DNA of 64,000 nucleotides from the human T2T-CHM13v2.0 reference genome, Homo sapiens. The notes beneath the pieces were generated by a model. The model saw only the letters and a program-made list of their open reading frames with translations. It did no database searches and was not told where the DNA came from. Shown here piece by piece: positions 10,633-23,135 of the stretch. How positions within the stretch are numbered: the stretch's first letter is position 1; every line of letters begins with the position of its first letter. The translations under genes and the position numbers were made by a program. Where the stretch lies: assembly GCF_009914755.1 (NCBI RefSeq), contig NC_060930.1, one strand, 5' to 3'.

Positions 10633-13600
10633 TGGCTTCTTAGTGGTTTGAATACAAGGCGTGGTGAAGAGATATAAATTACACAAGAAACTACAAGCTA
10701 TGTCATATGTCTACCTCTCTAGCTGACAAGGGAAGCAGGGGAAATTTCTCTTCCAATTGTCTGCTCTGAAGGTCATCCAAACATAATTATCAGGTGGGGT
10801 GGGTGAACTCTTTTATTCTTTTAATCATCCAACAAATATTTCTCAAGCGCATACCTTGTTAAGAGACTGTTTTGGGTACAGTAATTCACAGTGAATAAAA
10901 CACAGATATTCTCACCTTTGTGATACTACGTCATAGTTGCAAGGAGTGGGGAGAAACAGACAGGAAGCAAAGAAGAAAAATAAACAAGAAGTCATGTGAT
11001 AATATCTACTGGGAGGGACTCATTAGGCAGTAAAGGACTCGGCAGTGTGGAGGTGACACATTCAGTTTTCAGTAGAAGAATCAGGGAAGTTGTCACTTTG
11101 AAGCTATCATTTAGCTTCCCTTTCTTTCAATCTTCTTTCTTTACATGGGAAATAAGGATTGTGGGATATTTTTGGGTGGATCACAGCACCTAGAGATGGA
11201 CCTGATCAATAAGAACTGCTCAGTAAGCATTAGCTACTGCTTCGGTTGCCTTCCCCCTGTGGAGTGCTGGCCTCTTGGATTGAGCTTGCATCATAGGTGT
11301 TCAGTAGGAGCTTGCTTAGTGGATTTATAGGTTGAGGTTAGAACCCACTGGAATTCTCTTCCTGGAAAGAACAGGCTTCTCTTTAAGGTTTCATACAGAC
11401 CCTGGTTGAGGAAAGAGCCCTAAATTGCTTGAAAAATTGAATGCTCTATGGGCAAAGCAGGAAGCCCTCCTATGGAAGGGCATCATTTGGGCATATATCA
11501 GGGTCTCAGTAAAAACATGAGTGCTCAGGAAGTCAAGATGGTTAAGCAGAGAATCTGACCAGAATGTTCATGGTGCGAAGAAATAATCTTGTTGGGTGTA
11601 GGATTACAACAACTGGGAAATTAGAATACAGGCTAAATGAGATTCAAAAATAATACAACAAGAATCAGGCACAAATCCTTTACTACTACATTCTTTTGTA
11701 CAAATCCATTTTGCCTAGAAAATCGTACCTTACTATACATCCCTATTGTGTTTCTCCACCATCTATTTTACTTTTTAAACTTTATTTCATTTTTGTCATC
11801 ACAGAAGCTTGTTGCTACAAAATAAATGAGCAAATCAGCCAATGGCAACAAAGCTGCACTGATCTCTCTCCTTAGACCTTCAGAACATTTTCCTTAAAGG
11901 TGAACAATACTCCACGTTCAAGGACTTTTTCAGCACTATGTGCTAGAAACTATGCTGACTGTTTATTAATTTTTATGTAAGTTGGTCGATATAGTTTCTC
12001 AGCTTCCCCAAGTATTATTACCACAGTACTATAGATGACACTGAAGCTCAGAGCAGTTAAACCATTTTCCTCAGATCACATAACTTTAAAGAGGGAAACC
12101 AGATATGGGAAGCAGATTTCTTTCTAAATGAAAAAATCATGAGCTCTTGCTTTCACTTAGCACATAGTCTCATCATCTGTTTTCTTCACACCAGCTCACT
12201 CATGTAACATTCATTCATTTACCAAATACAGATAAATGAGTGGATTTATTCTTGCTTTCATCAGATACTAATTCAAAATCGCTTCTGTGTCTGCTACACT
12301 GTGCTCAAGACTTGCCAGTGCCTTTGTCTCCTCTCCCTCAAATCTCTCCACCCAATGTCTTGACAAATACTGTAGATTCTTCCTGCATAACCTCTCCAGA
12401 ATCTTTTCCTTCTGTTATCCATGCTACAGTGTTTATGGAGGATGTTTTCTTCACCTATGAAGTGTGATGGGGGCTGAAGCTGCAGCAAGACTCATGCTGT
12501 TCACCTCAGGAGCTGACACAGTAAATGTGGATAAACCTCAATCCTTTAATATCTTTATGACTTCTTTCCCAGTTACCCCAGCGAATTTACAGATTGAGGT
12601 TAAAACCACAACAGGATTATCTTCCTGGAAAGAATAGGCTTCCCTTTAAGGTTTCACATAGATACTGGGTGAGGAAGGAGCCCTAAATTGCTTGAAAAAT
12701 TGAATGCTCTTTGGGCAAAGCAGGAAGCCTTGCTATGGAAGAGCATCATTTGAACATAAATCAGAGTCTCAGTACAAACAGAGTGCTCAGGACATCAAGA
12801 TGGTTAACCAGAGAGCCTGGCCAGAATATCTGCGGTGGAGAGAAACGATCTTGTTGGGAGAAGGATGACAATAATTGGGGACTTAGAATAAAGGCTAAAA
12901 ATGATTCAAAGAGAATGCAAAAAGAATCAGGCACACATCCTTTACTCTGTTGTGCAAATCTCACCTTACTGTGTGTTTGTATTCTATTCCTCCACAATCT
13001 TTATTTTATTTTATTTTTATGTTCACAGAGATTTGTTGGTGCCAACTAAATGAGCCCAACAGCCAGTGACAACAGAACTGCACTAAAAAAAGTCCCTCAT
13101 CAGCTCTTGAGAGCAGGTTCCTTAAAGGTGAACAATATTCCACATACAAGGACTTTTTCAGCACCATGCATTAGAAATGGAAGTGAATGTTTATTATTTT
13201 TTGTATAAGTTGGTTGATACGGCTTTTCAGCTTCCCTCAGTATCATTATCCAAATTTTGTAGATGACACTAAAGCTCAGAGGAGTTAAACCATTTTCCTC
13301 AAATCACATAGCTTTAAATAGGAAAACCAGATATGAAAAGCAGATTTTTTTCTAAATTAAAAAAAAAAAAAAAACTTGAGCTCTTGCTTTACCCTAGCAC
13401 ATAGTCTCACCATCTGTTTTCTCCATGCCAGGTCATTCATGTAACATTCATTCACATAACAAATACAAATAAATGAGTGGATTCATTCATCAGCTATTAA
13501 TTCAGAATCTCTTTTGTGTCTACCACACTAGGCTCAAGACTTCCCAGTGTCTTTGTCTCCTCTCCCTCAAATCTCTCCACCCAATGTCTTGACAAATACT

Positions 13601-14010
13601 GTAGATCCTTCCTGCACAGCATCACCAGAATGTTTTTCTTTCTTTTCATTCACCTCTGTCATCATCCATGCTATGGTGTTTATGGAGGATGTATTCTGCA
13701 GCAGGAAGTGTGATGGGCACTGACGCTGCAGAAAGACTCCTGTTGTCCACCTCGGGAGCTGACACGATAAATGCGGGTAAATCTCAATCCTTTAATATCT
13801 TTATGACTTCTTTCTCTTTCTCTTCAATTTCTATTTTCTCATGTTCAAGCTCTGACATTCAAAACTAAACACCTTTCTCTAACATGTTGCTTTAATTATT
13901 TAAGCATTCTGCCTGGGATTTTTTCAATTACTCTTGGGAGTTTTCATAAAACTCTACCAACATATCTCCAAGTGGCCAGGCTTTTCAATCACTGCTTCCC
14001 TCCGTGTGTA

Positions 14011-14014
<4 letters not shown>

Positions 14015-14051
<37 letters not shown>
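14015..14051. repeat. (CA)n microsatellite
   Basis: Direct reading; other CA tracts at ~19265, ~36900, ~37385 and ~45265. Confidence 0.95.
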
Positions 14052-14052
<1 letters not shown>

Positions 14053-14344
14053 CACTTAAATTGAACAGGTTTATTTCTTCACACAGGAATTCCTACGAAC
14101 AGCCCGGTTTTCTCCACCATATGTCCACTCCTTCTCTGCATAGCTGAATTTTGATTCTTACACTCTAATATTTTACATATTCTTACACTCTGATATGATC
14201 TTGTCTCTTATTCTTTATGGCTCTGCTCTGTAATTTTGTTGTTGTTGTTCTGAGATATAGTTGGACATGTAACTTGTACATGACACACCTTAGCAAGGAG
14301 GCAACCTATATCTCAGATGCAAGTGAAAGAAGCACTCCCCAGGG

Positions 14345-14406
14345 GTTTCCTAAGGTAGTGGTCAGCACGCTGGCTTCATTCCTGAAAGGGCCTAGTTATG
14401 AAAACA
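14345..14406 (+). pseudogene. Highly decayed tRNA-Val relic (T-arm partly deleted)
   Basis: GTTTCCTAAGGTAGTGGTCAGCACGCTGGC...GAAAGGGCC...GAAAACA versus canonical Val GTTTCCGTAGTGTAGTGGTTATCACGTTCGCC...GAAAGGTCC...GGAAACA. Same position relative to Ala as the clear Val relic at 29913. Confidence 0.65.
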
Positions 14407-14869
14407 ACAGGAGCTTTTTGCCTTCCAGAAATCTGTACCATCTCAAAATCCCCAGAGAGTCTCAGCTACAAGGAACAAGTGATAATACTATCTCACTTTT
14501 ATAAACACACACACACAACACACACACACAAAATCATTTAATCATTTTTAATTATTTAATCATTTTTTAAAAATCAGTGACACTTTAGATGGGCAGGTCT
14601 AGGCAGGGCCTCCTTTCCTGGAATGTGCCTTTTTCTGTCCCGGAATACCCTAAACTTGACATTTTGGCAGTGTGAGTTTTCCCTTTTTGACTTTCTCCTT
14701 GTTCCCTTTCCTCTTCCTTCTTTGCAGAGAATGAGTAGCCACTGCACCTTGCCCTGGGCCATCAGTGAGAAGATCTGCTCTTAGTAGAGCCCTGCTTTCC
14801 CGCTGAAGGCCCTGAAATCCCCTGTGTTCCAGGCCACCCACTAAGGATCAATAAAGCTCCCCTGATGTG

Positions 14870-14942
14870 GGGGAATTAGCTCAAGTGGTAGAGCGCTTGC
14901 TTAGCATGCAAGAGGTAGTGGGATCGATGCCCACATTCTCCA
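14870..14942 (+). tRNA. TRA-AGC: tRNA-Ala(AGC)
   Basis: GGGGAATTAGCTCAAGTGGTAGAGCGCTTGCTTAGCATGCAAGAGGTAGTGGGATCGATGCCCACATTCTCCA; stems pair; G3:U70. Confidence 0.95.
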
Positions 14943-15159
14943 AACTTTATTATTTAGACCCTGGGTCTCCAAACACTCAGGTCTCCAAACCCAAGTCAGA
15001 GAACAGGATGCTGCTTTGGTTCAAGATGTAGGAGCAGCAACAATACAGGGCTGGTGACGGCTCCCTCCTGGCATTCAGTATAGTGTAGATCTACCGTGTA
15101 ATTAATTTTCTGCTTCTTTGAGGAGCTGTGAAACCAAGGGACATAAACAATTGCTCTTT

Positions 15160-17545
15160 TCTCCCTGTTTCTGCCTGTAGCTTGAATGTGAGGCAACTGT
15201 GAAAAGTGCAGGGCAGAGCCACCTGGGTAAATACAGCCCTGGCTTTCTGGTGAGAGGACTGAAACCAGGATGTGTCAAGTAACTAGAATGTGCCTGGACA
15301 GATACTGTAGAAAGCAAACCCATAAAGTTGTTCATGAGCTTGTGGACGCACCTGCCAGCTGTGAATAAGTGGGTCTAATCCCAAACAACTTACCTAAAAA
15401 GAGCCTGAGGACTGAACTAAACAATGGTCCACTTTCCAGTCCTCACTGACCACTGGTTGCACACACTCCAGAGATCTCTCATCCGCAGTGTCAAGGCTTT
15501 CAAATAGAGTTATCTGTGAAACAACAACACATGGAAGTCTGGTTGGTACTTGGAGCTTAAATACAAGGCAATTGTGTGCCTGCAAAAACAAAAAGAGCAA
15601 TATTATCCTTAAGATTTCAACAAGACACAGTGTCTCATCACATAATCCAAAGAAGTCCAGGTTACAAGCCCCAAAATATTCAGCATTATGAAAAACCAGG
15701 GAGATCTTAATTCACATGGCAAAGAGAATCCTTGCATAACAATATTGAGAGGACACATATGTCAAAATCATCTGACACATACATTAAAGCAGTTATTATA
15801 ACAATGCTCCTAGAATTACGGGATAGCATTCATGAAGTGAATGGAAAGTTGGAAAGTCTCACCAAATATTTGGAATATGTAAACACCAATTTAAACTTAA
15901 GAATTAAAAAAAGTATTAACCAAAACTATTAGGGGAAATAAAAAGCTTAATTGGATGATCTCAATAGCAGTATGCAGAAGACTAAGGAAAAAGTCAATGA
16001 ACTTGAAAATGGAACAAGAATACCTACAGAATCTGACCTATAGAAAGAAAGGAGGATTTTATTGTCCCTGAACAGAGGCTCAGGGACAAATAAAAAATAA
16101 CAAATCTAACATTCACATTATTGTAATCTGGAAACATTCACATTATTGTAAGAGGACAAAGAGGTCTTTGTGGGATAAAACTGTGAAGAATTAATGGCTG
16201 AAAATGTATCAAATTTCTCAAAAGATATAAACCAGATTTTTAAAGTTCAGTAAATGTCAAGCAGGATAAACCAAAAGAAACCCATTGCAAGACATATCAT
16301 AATCAAACTGCGGAAAATTAAGAAAACACAAAACAATTTTGAAAGCAGCCAAAGGGAAATGAAAGATAAAATACCAAATGAATGATTGTAGATTTCTCAT
16401 CGGGAACCCAGGAGCCAGAAAAAAATGTCATAACATTCAGTAAATACCAAAGGAAAAATACATTATCAACCCAGAATGGTATGTGGAGCAAAAGTATCTT
16501 CCAGACATAAAGGCAAATAAATGCATTCTCATTGGAAGGTAAATAAATACATTCTCAGTCCTAGCAAAACTGCTGGAAAAGAATTAGCAAAGGTTTGAGA
16601 TAAGAAAAGTGATACCAGAAGGAAACTTAGAACATCATCAATGAAGGAACAAAAGCAGAAATAGAAAATGTCTGGGTAGACATAACAGACTATTATTCTT
16701 CTCTTGAGTTCCTTAAGGTATGTTTGATGGTTGAAAGCAAAAATTGTAACTTTATCTGATGCAGTTGTCATTGTATCTAGATGTACTACATACATAAGAT
16801 AAAAGGGTAAATGTAATGGGACTAACTCTTGATGAAGTTTCTATATTCAACTTGAATGGTAAAATATTGATTCTTAGTATACTGTGAAAAGTTATATATG
16901 TATATGGTAATCCCTAGACCACTTAACAACCAGATTGAAATAAACCAAAACAAGATAGACAGAGGAACATAGAAGAATTAAAACAAAGGGAAAAAAGGTT
17001 AATAAATTATTAAATAGTAGATCTATCTAAAAACTTATCTATAATAACATTATATGTAAATTATCTAAATGCATTAAGTAAAAACTAGAGATCATCAGAA
17101 TGTGTTAAAAATAAATATGCTGACTAAAGAAAGCCACCTGCAATACACTTATAAATAAGAATAAAAGTTATAGAGCAGATTGAAAGAAAAGAGTGGGAAA
17201 AGATACCTCATGCAAGCATTAATCAAAGACAGCTGTGGTGTATATATATAAAATCAGACAAAGTAGATTTGAAAGCAGAGAAACTTTTCAGGAATAATGA
17301 GGCCTCCTAAATAATTATGATTGTCAATTTTTCAGGAGAATATTGTCCCAAATGTATATGAGGACACAGAGCTTCAAAACTCATAAACAAAATTGGATAC
17401 GCCAAGTAAAAATAGAAAAATCCAGTTATAGTTGCAGTCATTAACACTCCTCTCTGAGTAATTGGAAGATTTAGTGGAACACAAATCAACAGACATACTG
17501 GAGAATTGAACCATGCCATCCAGTAATGGACCTATCAATTTCATA
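15160..17545 (+). mobile_element. Old L1M fragment (duplicated copy)
   Basis: Paralogous to 6050-8430. Confidence 0.7.
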
Positions 17546-18008
17546 ATGCAAAATAAAAATTCAGGTAGAAAGCAAAGACAAAAATTAAAAGAAAAGCAAG
17601 ATCATGTTATAATGAGAAAATTAAGAGTAGTCCAGCGTATAGAAGGGTGCTATTATTGAAAGAGTTTGAAATAGTGACTTAGTTATTTTGAAACATTTTT
17701 GAAGACGTTATTTAGCTGGAAATGACAGAAAGACTGAAAATGGTGAATGTGGAGGTGGATCTTCCCTTGTCCATATTTATCTTGTCTTCGTTTGAGGTCT
17801 GGGGTGTCTATACTTCCTCTGAATTACCTGATCTTACTACAGTGTCTGGCACAGAGCATCTCCCCAGTGAATATGTACTAAATGAGTAGAAAGTAATTGA
17901 TAGATTCAAAAGAGTTGTGCAAGAATAATGTTCATTATTTGACTAATCACTGAATGTGGTGTTTCAAGGAAGACAATGAATCAAAGTTGACTTGAAAGGT
18001 AAGCCCAG

Positions 18009-18605
<597 letters not shown>

Positions 18606-19250
18606 TTAAGCCCAAAAAGTAAGTAAGGAAGAGGTTTGGAATTAGATATTTGTTGTATGAATGAGTGAGCTAAAGTGCAAAAGAACGGGCAGAATAACTG
18701 AGCTGGTACAGAGGGAAAAAATCACATTTAAAATCTAAAAATATCTGCTTCTTAGTTCAGGCTTTCCCACTTAGCAGCTTTGGCACCTTAGGAACACTTA
18801 ACTTATCTGAGCCTCTATTACTTCTAAAAAGTGCATAAAGTGCAGACTAAGACAGTTTTTTTGGCAAAATTCAGTCAGACTACATCAAGTAAACTCCCTA
18901 AGTCTCCTAGTATAATTCATGGCACAATAAATTGGGGAAAAAACAGGGAGGATATGATTATAAGTTCAGTTTATGTTTTTTGTTGAGTGAATGTCTCCAG
19001 TCATAGAGATGCAAGTGTAGATACACAGTAAGAGTAGTATGAATGGGAGACACCTTGGAAGGCTATTTCTTCCTTCCTTCATTCAGTTGGTCACTCAGTG
19101 AACTATCATGAATTGAGCACCGCCTCTGTTTCTTATCAACAAAGGAGACTGCGGAAAAGAAGAGTGACTAAGATCTCTGAAGAAGGGAAAAGCTAGATGA
19201 CTGGGCCACAAGAGGAAAAAAAGCAGCAAGACAGTTACAATTGTTTCTGG

Positions 19251-19262
19251 TCCCACTTTTAT

Positions 19263-19309
<47 letters not shown>

Positions 19310-20043
19310 CATTTAATCATTTTTAAGTATTTAATCATTTTTTAAAAATCTGTGATGCTTTACCTGGGCATGTCTAGGCAGGTCCTCCTTTGCTAGGACG
19401 TGCCCTTTTCTGTCCCGGAATACTCTAAACTTGGCATTTTGGCAGCGTGAAGTTTTCCCGTTGTGACTTTCTCCTTGTTCCCTTTTCTCCTCCTTCTTTG
19501 CAGACAATGAGTAGCCACTGCTGTTTGCCCTGGCCCATCAATGAGAAGATCTGCTCTTAGAGCCCTGCTTTCCTGCTGAAGGCCCTGAAATCACCTGTGT
19601 TCCAGGCCACCTGCTAACAATAAATAATGCTGCCCTGATGTGGGGAATTAGCTCAAGTGGTAGAGCGCTTGCTTAGCACGCAAGAGGTAGTGGGATCGAT
19701 GCCCACATTCTCCAAGCTTTATTATTTAGACATCGTGTCTCCAAACACTCAGGTCTCCAAACCCAAGTTAGTGTCTGAGAACAGGATGCTGCTTTGGTTC
19801 AAGACGTAGGAGCAGCAATAATAGAGGGCTGGTGATGGCTCCCTCTTGGCATTCAGTATAGTGTAGATCTACCATGTAATTAATTCTCTGTTTCTTTGAG
19901 GAGCTGTGAAACCAAGGGACATATACAACTGCTCTTTTCTCCCTGTTTCTACCTGCAGCTTTGTCCTAAATGTGAGACAATTATGAAAAGTGCAGCGCAG
20001 AGCCACTTGGGTAAATACAGCCCCGGCTTTCTGCTCAGGGGAC
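19251..20043 (+). repeat. Short duplication copy 3 (~0.8 kb Ala-only cassette, paralogous to ~37369-38161)
   Basis: Starts TCCCACTTTTATAAACAC; homology ends after CTTTCTGCTCAGGGGA. Confidence 0.9.
19642..19714 (+). tRNA. TRA-AGC: tRNA-Ala(AGC), C38 variant
   Basis: As 14870 but anticodon loop TTAGCAC; intact cloverleaf. Confidence 0.95.
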
Positions 20044-21914
20044 AGAGTTTGAGGCACTGCAGAGGAACCGGCCAAAGTATGAGACCCATATATTGAGAGT
20101 AACAGAGTGTAAAGTTCAAAAAAATCAAAATATTTAAAGATTTATCATGGGTCTTGATGACATGATGGAATCTCTCTACTCTCTGGACTTATTATGTGTG
20201 GTAATAAATTTACTTTTTAAAAGCCAGTTGAGTGTTTTTAATGTTGTGGAGCTATTGCTAAGAGTTTCCTGAGTTTTTTCCAGTAATGTAGAGATCTTTG
20301 TGCTAAATATTTCATAAAGAAGTTTGGTGGGTTATGTGTTCTAAATCCTAATCACTGGCATTAACTCAAACCAGCCATATAAAAGGTATGAAAAATGTCT
20401 GTCTGGCGTGCACTTGGTTCACTGAGCTTTTGCTTTCCTGTCAGCAAATTAGACATTCTCCTCACTTAGGAGGCCAACTTCTCAGCCACTGGCTCCAGCC
20501 TAGCCCTATGGTCTGTCAGTGGCTTTAGATTTAATTGACACATGCCCAGCCCCAACTCTCTCCTGCCTTAAGGATATAAGAGCCATTGTGAGCCGCAAAG
20601 TTATTATATCCGAGAACCCAGAAAACCACTTTTGTATATAGCAGTCCGCTGTTTTCTCATTTAAACATATGGGTTGGAATAGCATAGGATCATACACCTG
20701 TGAGCCTACCTGTTTTACAAGTTAAAACTTTTTCCTGATTCTTGCAAGCATTTTTTCTCACTCAACCCTACATGCATGTGTGCAGAATTTTAAGGTAAAA
20801 TTAGTTTTTGTAGACACTGAATGTGCTGCCCTCAAGGAATATTACAATGGAGTAGGGAAGACAGTTGAGCAAACAGCTGTTTACAATTCTGATAAAAGTC
20901 ACAATTGAGATGAATACTCTGTACACTAAAAGTACAGAAAGGAACACTACTCTTGAGAATGAGTAGCCTGATAGGATTTGCCAGTGTTTCTGTTATTTCA
21001 TTTGTTCATACCGGTCCCTGACACCTGGTTTCCTTTTCAAGCAACAAAATCCTAAAATCTCCATCATCTGCTGCTTTCACGTTCCTCACCACTGAGGTCA
21101 AGGACCCGAGGCTGGCAGGAAATTGAACTAATGACACTTCAAGAAGACCATGAATCTTTTCATTTTTTTCAGCTGGAAAGCTGAGAGCAGACAAATGGCA
21201 GGGAGGCCAAGTGCTATCAACCACATTTAGAAATTTTATTTAATCTGCACATCTTTATTTGGTAGAAAGTTTTACAAATAAAATTTAACACAAAACAATT
21301 TTTTTGAAAAACCATGTTGACTTAAGCAGAGCCAATGATGCAAAGCATAATGTATCAGAAGATTCCTGATTCAACTGCTAGCTTGAAGTCGCCCCCTCCT
21401 TGTGTTCTGGAAAGATGGGGTGTTGTTTATCATCCACATATCAAAAAGTAAACAGAAAGCAGTATTTCCGAAACCTTTTCTTTATAAGGAGATCTTCATA
21501 AAACTTGCATTATTACCCTTGTTGGATCATAACACACCTGAGAAAGATTGGGTGGAGGAAGGTGAAGAAGGCTGGAAAAGATTTACAAGGGAATAAATCA
21601 AGAATCTGGTACAAATTGACTAATGGTATCTTCTGCATCAGCCCATTTCGAGTGAAAAGTCCCCCGTTTTAGAACTTTTGGCTCTTTGTTTTAATGCTCC
21701 CTCCTGAGAATTAACAAAAATTTTGATTACTCTGGGCACGCTACCTGATTAGCCCTGCTCCGCAAGGAGCAGTTATATATATATAATCACACACTCACAC
21801 ACACACATTTTTCAGGGAATCCTGCCTAATTTCTTCCGAAGTTCAGCTGTCTCAGTTCACACCAAACAAGTTACACGATTTCATAACGGATAGAGGACAG
21901 AAGCTTAAGGAGGG

Positions 21915-22270
21915 AGGGCCGAATGCACCGGGAACCCTAGTCAAGTGTAGGAAATCATCACGAGCGAGGCGAAGCAGGTCGTGGGAGACGAGACCTTCAC
22001 TCAGGAACGGGGACGATGTGAATCGTGTTTCTATCGAGTGGCTGGGGGACCGGGTTGGGATCAGCCAGGAGGAGGTAGCCGCACAAGGCTTAGCTGGGTC
22101 TCCCGCGCAGACATCTCCTGGACAGCGACCCAGCGCCGCGCAGGCGCTCACGGCCCGGCTCCAGGGCTGCGGGTGGCGAGTCCCTGCCTGCCCGGAGCTC
22201 GCCCTCGGGGAAGGACGGACGCCTCGCGACGGCCGCGGACGCACCAGCGCAAGTGGTTCCTTGGAATCTC
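21915..22270. promoter_or_regulatory. CpG-rich island-like segment
   Basis: Dense CpG and high GC (e.g. CCCAGCGCCGCGCAGGCGCTCACGGCCCGG, CTCGCGACGGCCGCGGACGC) within AT-rich surroundings. Confidence 0.6.
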
Positions 22271-23067
22271 CCCATGTAATTCCACATGAGATTAAATTTT
22301 TAAAGCGCCTCATACTCGTGACCCATGGGTCAATGCCATCTAGCAACCATTCAGTGGCTGAATCCTCAGACAGGCACTCAGCATCCCCAGAGCCTAGGGG
22401 CATGCCATATGCCCCCACATAAAGATTTGTTGAATGAATGAAGGTGTCTAACTCCATTGTCTTGCCCTATTAAAGATGTATACTTTCTCTGCCTAGACCA
22501 TTATGGTAATACCCTGACCTTCCTCATGATCTTTGCACTCAATTCTCAACTCTGTGCCCTATTGGAATGGTACTGAAATGCAAATTCAGTTACAGTCTCT
22601 CCTAAATTCATTTACCAGCAAACTTTGCTTACAGTGCTTAAACATTTTATCCTGACATTCAAAGCCCTTCCTAAAAAGCTGGCCTCTCTCGCAGCTTTAC
22701 TCCTGGAATTCAATCCTATGCACACTCTCAGAAAACAAAATCATTGTTAATTCACCTTCAAAACCTGTTGTTTTATTCTTCTGAGACTTTGCAAATACCT
22801 TTGAGCAAGGCATCTTGATAGCTCCTCATTTTTAAATGTAACTGTGGATACCACCTTGAGTGGAGATGGAAAGAAAAGGGAAGCTGAAGGATAATGGATT
22901 GTAAAAATTCATGCTTTCTCATTCTTGTCTGGTTTGATAATCAGTGCCTAGAAAGGAGTCAAAGAAGGTTTTCTTTATATATGTTCTAAATAACACAAAA
23001 CCTAGCTCCGCATTAAAGCCTTAGAATTAGTTTCTGGGATTAATTAAAAAAGCAGTCGACTTCAGAC

Positions 23068-23135
23068 TGTCATATTCAGATTCCCACAGATGTTGCAGCC
23101 ACAAGGCAGAATACTAACCACTATAGGATCATGAC
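23068..23135 (-). pseudogene. tRNA-His(GTG) pseudogene
   Basis: Minus strand GTCATGATCCTATAGTGGTTAGTATTCTGCCTTGTGGCTGCAACATC... versus canonical GCCGTGATCGTATAGTGGTTAGTACTCTGCGTTGTGGCCGCAGCAACC. B-box destroyed; T6 run downstream (23046-23051). Confidence 0.85.

Larger units (their letters stand above)
3509..12570 (+). repeat. Segmental duplication copy 1 (paralogous to ~34545-45090)
   Basis: Collinear high similarity starting GAGGTGGCA..TTCAGCTTTCA..GAGGAC..ATCAGGGACT in both copies. Same Ala gene, L1 relic, Alu pair, Met relic and (TTTC)n. Confidence 0.92.

Noticed and set aside
21852-22457. 201-aa and overlapping ORFs across the CpG island
   Set aside because: GC-rich sequence is stop-poor on both strands; no domain or splice structure recognised.
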